Assembly (NCBI RefSeq): GCF_006345805.1
Contig: NC_043005.1
Span: 22,320,001 to 22,384,000 of the forward strand
Origin: Octopus sinensis
Taxonomy: Eukaryota
Direction of reading: 5' to 3'
Length of the DNA: 64,000 nucleotides
Made by a program: the position numbers and the translations under genes. The number at the start of each line of letters is the position of its first letter. Position 1 is the first letter of the stretch. Below, piece by piece: positions 27,206-40,218 of the stretch. The notes beneath the pieces were generated by a model. The model searched no databases. It was not told where the DNA came from and saw only the letters and a program-made list of their open reading frames with translations.

Positions 27206-30200
27206 TCCACGGACGTACGTTTCGAAATCAAGTTCTAAGGAAAGCATAAGAATTAGATATTAAATATTAAATAATAAATAATTCTATCTTACCGAAACTT
27301 CTTTTCTCTTCAGCGTAGAATACTATAATCATAAATGATTATATATTGAATTTTGAGATACCAGAAGGCACCAACTCCACTCAGTATCAGAGCGAGCTAG
27401 AATCCGCAACTGGTATCACCGAATTCAATTTGTGAATGAAACGATTGTGTCAACAGCCCCTTCCCACCCGCGTGTAGCCAAAACAAGATGCTGTGGTCAT
27501 CTACTGAGATAAAATATGGTTATCCGTAATAATGAAGGGTGAAATTAATTAATTTGGAAAAATTATCAATTACACCAAGTAGTCTTCGGCATGTAAAAGC
27601 CTCATTCGAGGAAAATTTAAGTAATACTAAGCAATAAGGGTTTAGCAACGAGTTGCCTTACCACATACCGAATTTAGAAATAGCAGTCAAAGGGTTATAG
27701 CTATTTCTTCTACAAAAAAGGGAGATCTCAGTAAAAACAGCATTTGGAAGGCAGACACAAACAGGTAAGAGAGAATGAATTGACTGCAATCTATCATACA
27801 TTTTTTAGTTATCCACGGACGTACGTTTCGAAATCAAGTTCTAAGGAAAGCATAAGAATTAGATATTAAATATTAAATAATAAATAATTCTATCTTACCG
27901 AAACTTCTTTTCTCTTCAGCGTAGAATACTATAATCATAAATGATTATATATTGAATTTTGAGATACCAGAAGGCACCAACTCCACTCAGTATCAGAGCG
28001 AGCTAGAATCCGCAACTGGTATCACCGAATTCAATTTGTGAATGAAACGATTGTGTCAACAGCCCCTTCCCACCCGCGTGTAGCCAAAACAAGATGCTGT
28101 GGTCATCTACTGAGATAAAATATGGTTATCCGTAATAATGAAGGGTGAAATTAATTAATTTGGAAAAATTATCAATTACACCAAGTAGTCTTCGGCATGT
28201 AAAAGCCTCATTCGAGGAAAATTTAAGTAATACTAAGCAATAAGGGTTTAGCAACGAGTTGCCTTACCACATACCGAATTTAGAAATAGCAGTCAAAGGG
28301 TTATAGCTATTTCTTCTACAAAAAAGGGAGATCTCAGTAAAAACAGCATTTGGAAGGCAGACACAAACAGGTAAGAGAGAATGAATTGACTGCAATCTAT
28401 CATACATTTTTTTAGTTATCCACGGACGTACGTTTCGAAATCAAGTTCTAAGGAAAGCATAAGAATTAGATATTAAATATTAAATAATAAATAATTCTAT
28501 CTTACCGAAACTTCTTTTCTCTTCAGCGTAGAATACTATAATCATAAATGATTATATATTGAATTTTGAGATACCAGAAGGCACCAACTCCACTCAGTAT
28601 CAGAGCGAGCTAGAATCCGCAACTGGTATCACCGAATTCAATTTGTGAATGAAACGATTGTGTCAACAGCCCCTTCCCACCCGCGTGTAGCCAAAACAAG
28701 ATGCTGTGGTCATCTACTGAGATAAAATATGGTTATCCGTAATAATGAAGGGTGAAATTAATTAATTTGGAAAAATTATCAATTACACCAAGTAGTCTTC
28801 GGCATGTAAAAGCCTCATTCGAGGAAAATTTAAGTAATACTAAGCAATAAGGGTTTAGCAACGAGTTGCCTTACCACATACCGAATTTAGAAATAGCAGT
28901 CAAAGGGTTATAGCTATTTCTTCTACAAAAAAGGGAGATCTCAGTAAAAACAGCATTTGGAAGGCAGACACAAACAGGTAAGAGAGAATGAATTGACTGC
29001 AATCTATCATACATTTTTTAGTTATCCACGGACGTACGTTTCGAAATCAAGTTCTAAGGAAAGCATAAGAATTAGATATTAAATATTAAATAATAAATAA
29101 TTCTATCTTACCGAAACTTCTTTTCTCTTCAGCGTAGAATACTATAATCATAAATGATTATATATTGAATTTTGAGATACCAGAAGGCACCAACTCCACT
29201 CAGTATCAGAGCGAGCTAGAATCCGCAACTGGTATCACCGAATTCAATTTGTGAATGAAACGATTGTGTCAACAGCCCCTTCCCACCCGCGTGTAGCCAA
29301 AACAAGATGCTGTGGTCATCTACTGAGATAAAATATGGTTATCCGTAATAATGAAGGGTGAAATTAATTAATTTGGAAAAATTATCAATTACACCAAGTA
29401 GTCTTCGGCATGTAAAAGCCTCATTCGAGGAAAATTTAAGTAATACTAAGCAATAAGGGTTTAGCAACGAGTTGCCTTACCACATACCGAATTTAGAAAT
29501 AGCAGTCAAAGGGTTATAGCTATTTCTTCTACAAAAAAGGGAGATCTCAGTAAAAACAGCATTTGGAAGGCAGACACAAACAGGTAAGAGAGAATGAATT
29601 GACTGCAATCTATCATACATTTTTTTAGTTATCCACGGACGTACGTTTCGAAATCAAGTTCTAAGGAAAGCATAAGAATTAGATATTAAATATTAAATAA
29701 TAAATAATTCTATCTTACCGAAACTTCTTTTCTCTTCAGCGTAGAATACTATAATCATAAATGATTATATATTGAATTTTGAGATACCAGAAGGCACCAA
29801 CTCCACTCAGTATCAGAGCGAGCTAGAATCCGCAACTGGTATCACCGAATTCAATTTGTGAATGAAACGATTGTGTCAACAGCCCCTTCCCACCCGCGTG
29901 TAGCCAAAACAAGATGCTGTGGTCATCTACTGAGATAAAATATGGTTATCCGTAATAATGAAGGGTGAAATTAATTAATTTGGAAAAATTATCAATTACA
30001 CCAAGTAGTCTTCGGCATGTAAAAGCCTCATTCGAGGAAAATTTAAGTAATACTAAGCAATAAGGGTTTAGCAACGAGTTGCCTTACCACATACCGAATT
30101 TAGAAATAGCAGTCAAAGGGTTATAGCTATTTCTTCTACAAAAAAGGGAGATCTCAGTAAAAACAGCATTTGGAAGGCAGACACAAACAGGTAAGAGAGA

Positions 30201-30352
30201 ATGAATTGACTGCAATCTATCATACATTTTTTTAGTTATCCACGGACGTACGTTTCGAAATCAAGTTCTAAGGAAAGCATAAGAATTAGATATTAAATAT
30301 TAAATAATAAATAATTCTATCTTACCGAAACTTCTTTTCTCTTCAGCGTAGA
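27206..30352 (-). ncRNA. Six type I hammerhead ribozyme motifs, left arm (114-nt cores starting at 27206, 27812, 28419, 29025, 29632, 30239)
   Basis: Reverse complement of the motif described for the right arm. Predicted cleavage is 3' of minus-strand C at 27212, 27818, 28425, 29031, 29638 and 30245. Confidence 0.85.
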
Positions 30353-30756
30353 ATACTATAATCATAAATGATTATATATTGAATTTTGACTGCTATTTCT
30401 AAATTCGGTATGTGGTAAGGCAACTCGTTGCTAAACCCTTATTGCTTAGTATTACTTAAATTTTCCTCGAATGAGGCTTTTACATGCCGAAGACTACTTG
30501 GTGTAATTGATAATTTTTCCAAATTAATTAATTTCACCCTTCATTATTACGGATAACCATATTTTATCTCAGTAGATGACCACAGCATCTTGTTTTGGCT
30601 ACACGCGGGTGGGAAGGGGCTGTTGACACAATCGTTTCATTCACAAATTGAATTCGGTGATACCAGTTGCGGATTCTAGCTCGCTCTGATACTGAGTGGA
30701 GTTGGTGCCTTCTGGTATCTCAAAATTCAATATATAATCATTTATGATTATAGTAT

Positions 30757-33700
30757 TCTACGCTGAAGAGAAAAGAAGTTTCGGTAAGATAGAATTATTT
30801 ATTATTTAATATTTAATATCTAATTCTTATGCTTTCCTTAGAACTTGATTTCGAAACGTACGTCCGTGGATAACTAAAAAAATGTATGATAGATTGCAGT
30901 CAATTCATTCTCTCTTACCTGTTTGTGTCTGCCTTCCAAATGCTGTTTTTACTGAGATCTCCCTTTTTTGTAGAAGAAATAGCTATAACCCTTTGACTGC
31001 TATTTCTAAATTCGGTATGTGGTAAGGCAACTCGTTGCTAAACCCTTATTGCTTAGTATTACTTAAATTTTCCTCGAATGAGGCTTTTACATGCCGAAGA
31101 CTACTTGGTGTAATTGATAATTTTTCCAAATTAATTAATTTCACCCTTCATTATTACGGATAACCATATTTTATCTCAGTAGATGACCACAGCATCTTGT
31201 TTTGGCTACACGCGGGTGGGAAGGGGCTGTTGACACAATCGTTTCATTCACAAATTGAATTCGGTGATACCAGTTGCGGATTCTAGCTCGCTCTGATACT
31301 GAGTGGAGTTGGTGCCTTCTGGTATCTCAAAATTCAATATATAATCATTTATGATTATAGTATTCTACGCTGAAGAGAAAAGAAGTTTCGGTAAGATAGA
31401 ATTATTTATTATTTAATATTTAATATCTAATTCTTATGCTTTCCTTAGAACTTGATTTCGAAACGTACGTCCGTGGATAACTAAAAAAATGTATGATAGA
31501 TTGCAGTCAATTCATTCTCTCTTACCTGTTTGTGTCTGCCTTCCAAATGCTGTTTTTACTGAGATCTCCCTTTTTTGTAGAAGAAATAGCTATAACCCTT
31601 TGACTGCTATTTCTAAATTCGGTATGTGGTAAGGCAACTCGTTGCTAAACCCTTATTGCTTAGTATTACTTAAATTTTCCTCGAATGAGGCTTTTACATG
31701 CCGAAGACTACTTGGTGTAATTGATAATTTTTCCAAATTAATTAATTTCACCCTTCATTATTACGGATAACCATATTTTATCTCAGTAGATGACCACAGC
31801 ATCTTGTTTTGGCTACACGCGGGTGGGAAGGGGCTGTTGACACAATCGTTTCATTCACAAATTGAATTCGGTGATACCAGTTGCGGATTCTAGCTCGCTC
31901 TGATACTGAGTGGAGTTGGTGCCTTCTGGTATCTCAAAATTCAATATATAATCATTTATGATTATAGTATTCTACGCTGAAGAGAAAAGAAGTTTCGGTA
32001 AGATAGAATTATTTATTATTTAATATTTAATATCTAATTCTTATGCTTTCCTTAGAACTTGATTTCGAAACGTACGTCCGTGGATAACTAAAAAAATGTA
32101 TGATAGATTGCAGTCAATTCATTCTCTCTTACCTGTTTGTGTCTGCCTTCCAAATGCTGTTTTTACTGAGATCTCCCTTTTTTGTAGAAGAAATAGCTAT
32201 AACCCTTTGACTGCTATTTCTAAATTCGGTATGTGGTAAGGCAACTCGTTGCTAAACCCTTATTGCTTAGTATTACTTAAATTTTCCTCGAATGAGGCTT
32301 TTACATGCCGAAGACTACTTGGTGTAATTGATAATTTTTCCAAATTAATTAATTTCACCCTTCATTATTACGGATAACCATATTTTATCTCAGTAGATGA
32401 CCACAGCATCTTGTTTTGGCTACACGCGGGTGGGAAGGGGCTGTTGACACAATCGTTTCATTCACAAATTGAATTCGGTGATACCAGTTGCGGATTCTAG
32501 CTCGCTCTGATACTGAGTGGAGTTGGTGCCTTCTGGTATCTCAAAATTCAATATATAATCATTTATGATTATAGTATTCTACGCTGAAGAGAAAAGAAGT
32601 TTCGGTAAGATAGAATTATTTATTATTTAATATTTAATATCTAATTCTTATGCTTTCCTTAGAACTTGATTTCGAAACGTACGTCCGTGGATAACTAAAA
32701 AAATGTATGATAGATTGCAGTCAATTCATTCTCTCTTACCTGTTTGTGTCTGCCTTCCAAATGCTGTTTTTACTGAGATCTCCCTTTTTTGTAGAAGAAA
32801 TAGCTATAACCCTTTGACTGCTATTTCTAAATTCGGTATGTGGTAAGGCAACTCGTTGCTAAACCCTTATTGCTTAGTATTACTTAAATTTTCCTCGAAT
32901 GAGGCTTTTACATGCCGAAGACTACTTGGTGTAATTGATAATTTTTCCAAATTAATTAATTTCACCCTTCATTATTACGGATAACCATATTTTATCTCAG
33001 TAGATGACCACAGCATCTTGTTTTGGCTACACGCGGGTGGGAAGGGGCTGTTGACACAATCGTTTCATTCACAAATTGAATTCGGTGATACCAGTTGCGG
33101 ATTCTAGCTCGCTCTGATACTGAGTGGAGTTGGTGCCTTCTGGTATCTCAAAATTCAATATATAATCATTTATGATTATAGTATTCTACGCTGAAGAGAA
33201 AAGAAGTTTCGGTAAGATAGAATTATTTATTATTTAATATTTAATATCTAATTCTTATGCTTTCCTTAGAACTTGATTTCGAAACGTACGTCCGTGGATA
33301 ACTAAAAAAATGTATGATAGATTGCAGTCAATTCATTCTCTCTTACCTGTTTGTGTCTGCCTTCCAAATGCTGTTTTTACTGAGATCTCCCTTTTTTGTA
33401 GAAGAAATAGCTATAACCCTTTGACTGCTATTTCTAAATTCGGTATGTGGTAAGGCAACTCGTTGCTAAACCCTTATTGCTTAGTATTACTTAAATTTTC
33501 CTCGAATGAGGCTTTTACATGCCGAAGACTACTTGGTGTAATTGATAATTTTTCCAAATTAATTAATTTCACCCTTCATTATTACGGATAACCATATTTT
33601 ATCTCAGTAGATGACCACAGCATCTTGTTTTGGCTACACGCGGGTGGGAAGGGGCTGTTGACACAATCGTTTCATTCACAAATTGAATTCGGTGATACCA

Positions 33701-33905
33701 GTTGCGGATTCTAGCTCGCTCTGATACTGAGTGGAGTTGGTGCCTTCTGGTATCTCAAAATTCAATATATAATCATTTATGATTATAGTATTCTACGCTG
33801 AAGAGAAAAGAAGTTTCGGTAAGATAGAATTATTTATTATTTAATATTTAATATCTAATTCTTATGCTTTCCTTAGAACTTGATTTCGAAACGTACGTCC
33901 GTGGA
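30757..33905 (+). ncRNA. Six type I hammerhead ribozyme motifs, right arm (CTGAAGA at 30763, 31370, 31977, 32584, 33191, 33798)
   Basis: First copy: stem I TCTACG (30757-62)/CGTGGA (30865-70); core CTGAAGA; stem II closed by G30770-C30852 (GAAA-ag-AAGTT/AACTT-ga-TTTC); GAAA at 30853-56; palindromic stem III ACGTACGT; GTC cleavage at 30864. Confidence 0.87.
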
Positions 33906-34195
33906 TAACTAAAAAAATGTATGATAGATTGCAGTCAATTCATTCTCTCTTACCTGTTTGTGTCTGCCTTCCAAATGCTGTTTTTACTGAGATCTCCCTT
34001 TTTTGTAGAAGAAATAGCTATAACCCTTTGACTGCTATTTCTAAATTCGGTATGTGGTAAGGCAACTCGTTGCTAAACCCTTATTGCTTAGTATTACTTA
34101 AATTTTCCTCGAATGAGGCTTTTACATGCCGAAGACTACTTGGTGTAATTGATAATTTTTCCAAATTAATTAATTTCACCCTTCATTATTACGGA

Positions 34196-34241
<46 letters not shown>

Positions 34242-34796
34242 TATGGGAAAACTTTATATATATCATATTAATTAGAGAAAAACCACTATTATGTAATTCA
34301 AACAATGATAGACATAAACCAAATCATAAAGAAAATATAAAATATATTATAAAACATATAACTAGATCACAAAAAGTACAAAAATGAATAAACAATATAT
34401 AAGTAAAAAGACTACGTTTATTTAATTTTATTATTCTGTATTTATTATATGTGAACTAAAATCTAAAAGTATTAAGTGTGATTGTTTTGTAAAATAGTTT
34501 GTAACATAAAATATTAGAATATAACTAGTGAAAAGATATTCTATAGTTTGTTAATGCTATTCTCAAAACTAAAATATATCTTCACAGATAAATACATTTT
34601 TCTATCTATTTACTCTATTTTTTTTTACCTTAGGTTTTTAACATGATAAATGTATTATAGACACCTGGTCCTACTTTTAAGTTTCAGATTTAGTTAACGG
34701 AGTTTCTTCTATAAGAACAATCATGATTTTATTTCTTTAAGAAATATTGTTTAATTCTATTTAATTATTTATTTAACTATTAATGTTATTATTGTT

Positions 34797-34899
34797 GACC
34801 TGAGGAGTGACTATACTTTTAAATTGAATTGTTTTTTCGATTAAAATTAAATTTAATTGTAATTCAAATTGAAGTTATAGCCACGAAACGTACGTAGTC
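34797..34899 (+). ncRNA. Solo type I hammerhead motif of a second family
   Basis: GAC / CTGAGGA (34800-06) / long stem II (GTG-a-CTATA...TATAG-c-CAC) / GAAA (34885-88) / ACGTACGT / GTA cleavage at 34896 / GTC. Stem I is only 3 bp. Confidence 0.7.
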
Positions 34900-34916
34900 T
34901 TTTTTATTATATATGA

Positions 34917-34985
34917 GGTCCTGGAATCGAACTCATTACCTCATTATTGTGAGCCCGATGCTCTAACCACCGAGCCATGCGCCTT
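34917..34985 (-). mobile_element. tRNA-derived SINE head fragment
   Basis: Reverse complement GGCGCATGGCTCGGTGGTTAGAGC...GAGTTCGATTCC has A and B boxes; same family as 54476. Confidence 0.7.
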
Positions 34986-34998
34986 TATATATACATAT

Positions 34999-35646
<648 letters not shown>

Positions 35647-36366
35647 TCCGAAAACATACAACAGAATAGACTCCGCTTAAGGCATCTAATGTGCCTGCCA
35701 AGTAGTGGTGTTAAACGGGCTGACGGATTAAGTCTACCACTCAAGTAGACCAAGATGGAGTTTGAATTTAGAACATCAAGAGTTGGGAAAAATACCACAA
35801 CGCTCTGATTCATATTTGCTGGTCTAATACTTTTAACTAGTACTTTATTTTTATTGGTCCCGGAAAGACGAAATTTAAAGTTGACCCCGGCGGGATTTGA
35901 ACTCAGAATGCACTGCAAGGCATTTCGTTTGCAAAGTTCTAACAATCTTGGCAATTCATCGCTTTGGACATTAGTAAGTAGTTTTAGCAGTTTTATTGTG
36001 GTGGTGTGCCAGATTAAATATTTTGCAGCATTAAGTTTCATTTCTTTATGCTCAATATTGGTCAAGGTCAGGTTTGCCTTTCGTCTGTGCAGATTTTATA
36101 AAACACCACAGACCAAAGACTGTATTATCCTTCTTCCAAAAATGTTAAGCAGTGTACCAAAACTCTTATTAATAGCGCATCCGAGACACCGAAGCTAGGT
36201 TCTTTGGTGACGTAATTTTTTTACCTTATTCTTCTGATTTAATAACAGGTCTTCCTTTAAGTCATAATGGAAAAATATAATTAAATTTTAACTTTAGAAT
36301 ACGAAACATATATTGCAAGTGAGAGGTGTTAAATGTCACAGTAGAACAATTTCATAAACAATTTCA

Positions 36367-36549
<183 letters not shown>

Positions 36550-36779
36550 TCACGATGCAAATAAGTATGTGAATATATGAGTTTTCTTTGAATATTATTT
36601 AAGTTCTTATTAATAATGTTTAAACCGCTCGCTAACAAAGTGACAAAGCTTTTTGAGTTAAGAGAGTTCCCGTTGTTTGTAGATATATGGTTGAGTGGAA
36701 TGTTGGTTGAACTGTCGATGCACACGACCAAGTACGTGCATCTATTCATCTAAAGAGTCTCAGATTGAGAATCTTCAGA

Positions 36780-37980
36780 ATGTCTTGTAAATTTTTACTA
36801 TGCCGTTAATAGGTTGGATCTGGAGAAAGCGCGTCAATTTCTTGTACTATTTCTTCGAAAAGCCTGGTTTTCTAGTTTTTTGTGTGTAAATCTGTAGATA
36901 TACAGCCCAATGCACTTATGATGATTGGTACAAATGAGAATTTATATCCAGAGTAAAAGAACTGTAGGTCTCTCATTAATTCACCATAAATATTCTCATT
37001 TTCCTGAACTATTGATTGTACATTCACATCTGCTGGGCAGCTGGCCTCTGCAACAGTGTATGACTTTTGTTCTCTGTCCCACAGAACATTATCAGGTCCA
37101 TTATGATAGTACCGAATTGCTGTTTTTTTGGAGTGTTCCACCAGCATTCCTTGTTTTTAAAGGTGTGAATACCTGTTAGTTGTGACAGTCCCTCTTGCAG
37201 ATAGCATTGTAAAAAGTTTTTGTATTGTTGTCATGCCTCATGGGTACGCGGTATCTTATTTTGAAGCTGCTGCTGTTGGTATGGGTAATATCTTTCACAC
37301 TGATATAGCATATCCGACATTGTCTATCACAACATGGGGGACTGGTGGTATCTTTGTCTCTCTTGTTTACCAGGTATTTACTAACTATCTTCTGTTCCTG
37401 GACAGTGAAGGTATATCTTAAGTGGGATGTAATGTATTTTTCACAGGTCCAGGAGAAGCTACTCTTCCTGTTGATTCTGATGTTATCCTGTAGCTTATGA
37501 GATATTATCCATGTATTGCTTTTTGATGATATGATGCGTGCTTCTCGAAGCTCCTGTTTAGGGAGGCCAGTTCAACCTCCTTTTGATCACACAAGTCAGT
37601 TGCACTCTCAAAGTATCAGCTCAGTTCTTTCCCTATTCTGAAGATGTTACTTTCTCTTTTGAGTATACATGTAATATACTCATTTCTTTCTTTACTGTAC
37701 AGCAAGTGTTGTCTGAGTGATACAATGCGACATTCAAAAGGTGTTTGGATTGACGTTATGTTCCTGCCACCAGCTTTTCGTCTCACTGTTTGTTTGGTAG
37801 TGCTTTTAGAGAAACATTCAAACAATCAGTATATTGTTTGTTTATAAGATTCAAGCATGCTATTGGCTTATTGTGTTTGGCTACGTGGCTCTCGTTGTTC
37901 TTCGGGACAGGAGTAGTCCGCGCAACCGTCAGCTAACCTGGTATATCTAGCTCAACGTTCATTGTTTTTTTAAAAAGGGT
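36780..37980 (-). mobile_element. Degenerate non-LTR element with restriction-like endonuclease (R4/Dong-like), 3' part
   Basis: Broken QEQ..., CRIC...H...RHD and PD...E..CP.D...Y..L...VPIIISALG motifs (ORF 36872-37147). Boundaries are approximate. Confidence 0.65.
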
Positions 37981-38095
37981 CGTGAGAATTTCCCTATACA
38001 TGCATGCACGTATGTATGTATGTATGTATGTATGTATGTATGTATGTATGTATGTATGTATGTATGTATGTATGTATGTATGTATGTATGTATGC

Positions 38096-38188
<93 letters not shown>

Positions 38189-38329
38189 ATCTAATATATA
38201 TCTCCCTATCTCTCGTTTCTTCTATTGATATCAATATATATGTATGTACACACACACAATATATATGTATGTATGTACACACAATATATATGTATGTATG
38301 TATGTAGACACACATATGCAGAGTCTGCC

Positions 38330-39760
38330 TCAGTACAGAGCAAGATAGGGCCACTGTTCGAAGAAAATGGCTCGCTGACTACAGATCCCCAGAAGATCAG
38401 TGAAATACTGAATGTGCAATACAATACTTGCAAGTAACTATGCCTGATGAGTTCTTTGGCCTAATATGCCCATAAGGAAGGTAGCAGAGCAGATGTTAAA
38501 AATTAGACCTGTCTCTCAGCAAAGTCATGGAGCGCATTGTCCAAAATAAACTAATTGCGTTCCTTGAAGATAATAACTTGTTTCCTGACACCCTGCATGG
38601 TTTTCGGTCAGGAAGAAGCTGCCTTACACAGCTTTTGCAGCATTATGACTGGTTGTTGAAACAACGAATCGCTCAAACGGATGTGATATACCTCGACTTT
38701 GCAAAGGCTTTTGATGAGGTTGATCATAGGATGATATGTTACAAACTACGGAAACTCGGTATAACCGGGAAACTTTGAGAGTGGTTGCATGTTTTAAAAG
38801 ACAGAAGCCAGGCTGTGGCTACCAATGGAGCTGTTACCAAGGAGATAGTAACAGAGAGTGGAGTGCCTCAGTGGACTGTATTAGGATCGCTGCTGTACAT
38901 GGTGGCTCTTTCAGATATGCCATCAGTTATACAGACAGCCACACTTACTAGTAAAGCCAACAACAATTATGTAGTGCAAGTAGTCAAGGAACCTTCTGAT
39001 GCTAAGCTTCTACAGAAAAACCTAGATGCCATACATAAATGGGCTGAGGGAAGCAACATGCAATTTAATGCAGGCAAATTCCAAGCCCTCTGCTACCAGT
39101 TAATTGGTGTTCAGAAGCCGCACAACGATACTTTGGACCAAAAGGAGCGGCATTCCCAGAATCACATACGGTGCGTGATCTCGAGTTTGATGTGAGTAAC
39201 GATGCCTCGTTTAACATGCATATCACCAAGGTGTTGGCAGTATGCAGGCGAATAGCTGGATAGATTCTGAGAACCTTCAGAACAAGAGACTAGGAAACTA
39301 TACTGAGGTTATTTGTCCTCAGCCGTCTAGACTACTGCTCTCAACTGTGGTCACAGTGTCAAATTCATAGCGGAACTTGAGGCTGTTCAGCGATGTTACA
39401 TAAGGAAGATTGCATCAATTGAGCAGCTGGGCTACTGGGAGAGACTGAAATAGCTACCACACTACTCCCTGGAATGAAGACGGGAGTGTTATGCAATGAA
39501 ATATATATATATAGAAGACATTGGAAGGGGCTGGCTCTAAACTTCGGAATTGAGTGCTATACCAGACCCCCAACTGGACGTCACTGCACTTTTCCAAAGG
39601 TCCTAGTTTTCCCATTTAGAGAGAGAACCATGTACTGCAATAGTTTGAGATTCAAGGACCTACAGCTATTTAACGCCTTGCCAAAATATCTGAAGGATCT
39701 TCAAGGAGTAAGGTTAGATGATTTCAAGAAACAACTAGACCTCTTGCTATCCAGATGAAT
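38330..39760 (+). mobile_element. Degenerate CR1/L2-group LINE RT fragment
   Basis: HGFRSGRSCLTQLL, YLDFAKAFD, GVPQWTVLG and FNALP motifs in broken ORFs. Confidence 0.82.
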
Positions 39761-40074
39761 CCCAGATGAATCAATATCAATATCAAGGCAGGAGACTCAA
39801 ATGAGGACAGCAGTGTCGAATTCCCTCCTTCACCAAAAGCCAAGCACATAAAATTGGTCATTAAAAAAGTGATTGCACTGGTGGTGCTCCAGCATGGCCA
39901 CAGCCTTAGAGCTGAAATGCACAATACAATACACACACACACACACACACACACACAATATTTATATCTACTCCTCTTCTTAGGTGGGGTTATAAAGGGT
40001 TACTAGATAACTGTGTGACAATAGTAGTGAAGATAGCTAGCATAGCCATCTATTGTTCAAATACACTTTCTAAC

Positions 40075-40218
40075 CTGGTTCTTCACTCCTGTTACGTATC
40101 CATGTTGTCTCCAGTCTACCATACGAGGTAAGTATACAAGCTTGTCGCTGACAAATGTCTCGGTAATACTGTTCTGCGGAAGAAAGCCGTTCATCATTTC
40201 TACAAACTCTCTGTTACT
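40075..40218 (-). CDS. CTSL: Cathepsin L-like gene A, prodomain/mature junction exon (SNREF...LPRMVDWRQHGYVTGVKNQ)
   Basis: 144 bp, ctacag|AGT to CAG|gttaga, phase 0 to phase 0; LPxxVDWR and oxyanion-hole Gln. Confidence 0.93.

Larger units (their letters stand above)
27015..34199. mobile_element. Hammerhead-ribozyme tandem array (retrozyme/Penelope-related), 606/607-bp units in two inverted arms
   Basis: Left-arm unit starts at 27015, 27622, 28228, 28835, 29441 and 30048. The right arm (30385-34199) is the reverse complement with an exact 607-bp period. The ORF track lists no ORF inside it, and both ends abut (TA)n. Confidence 0.9.

Noticed and set aside
27015-34199. CRISPR array or plain satellite DNA
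   Set aside because: There are no unique spacers and the context is eukaryotic. A plain satellite label misses the complete hammerhead motif in each unit and the insertion-like junctions.
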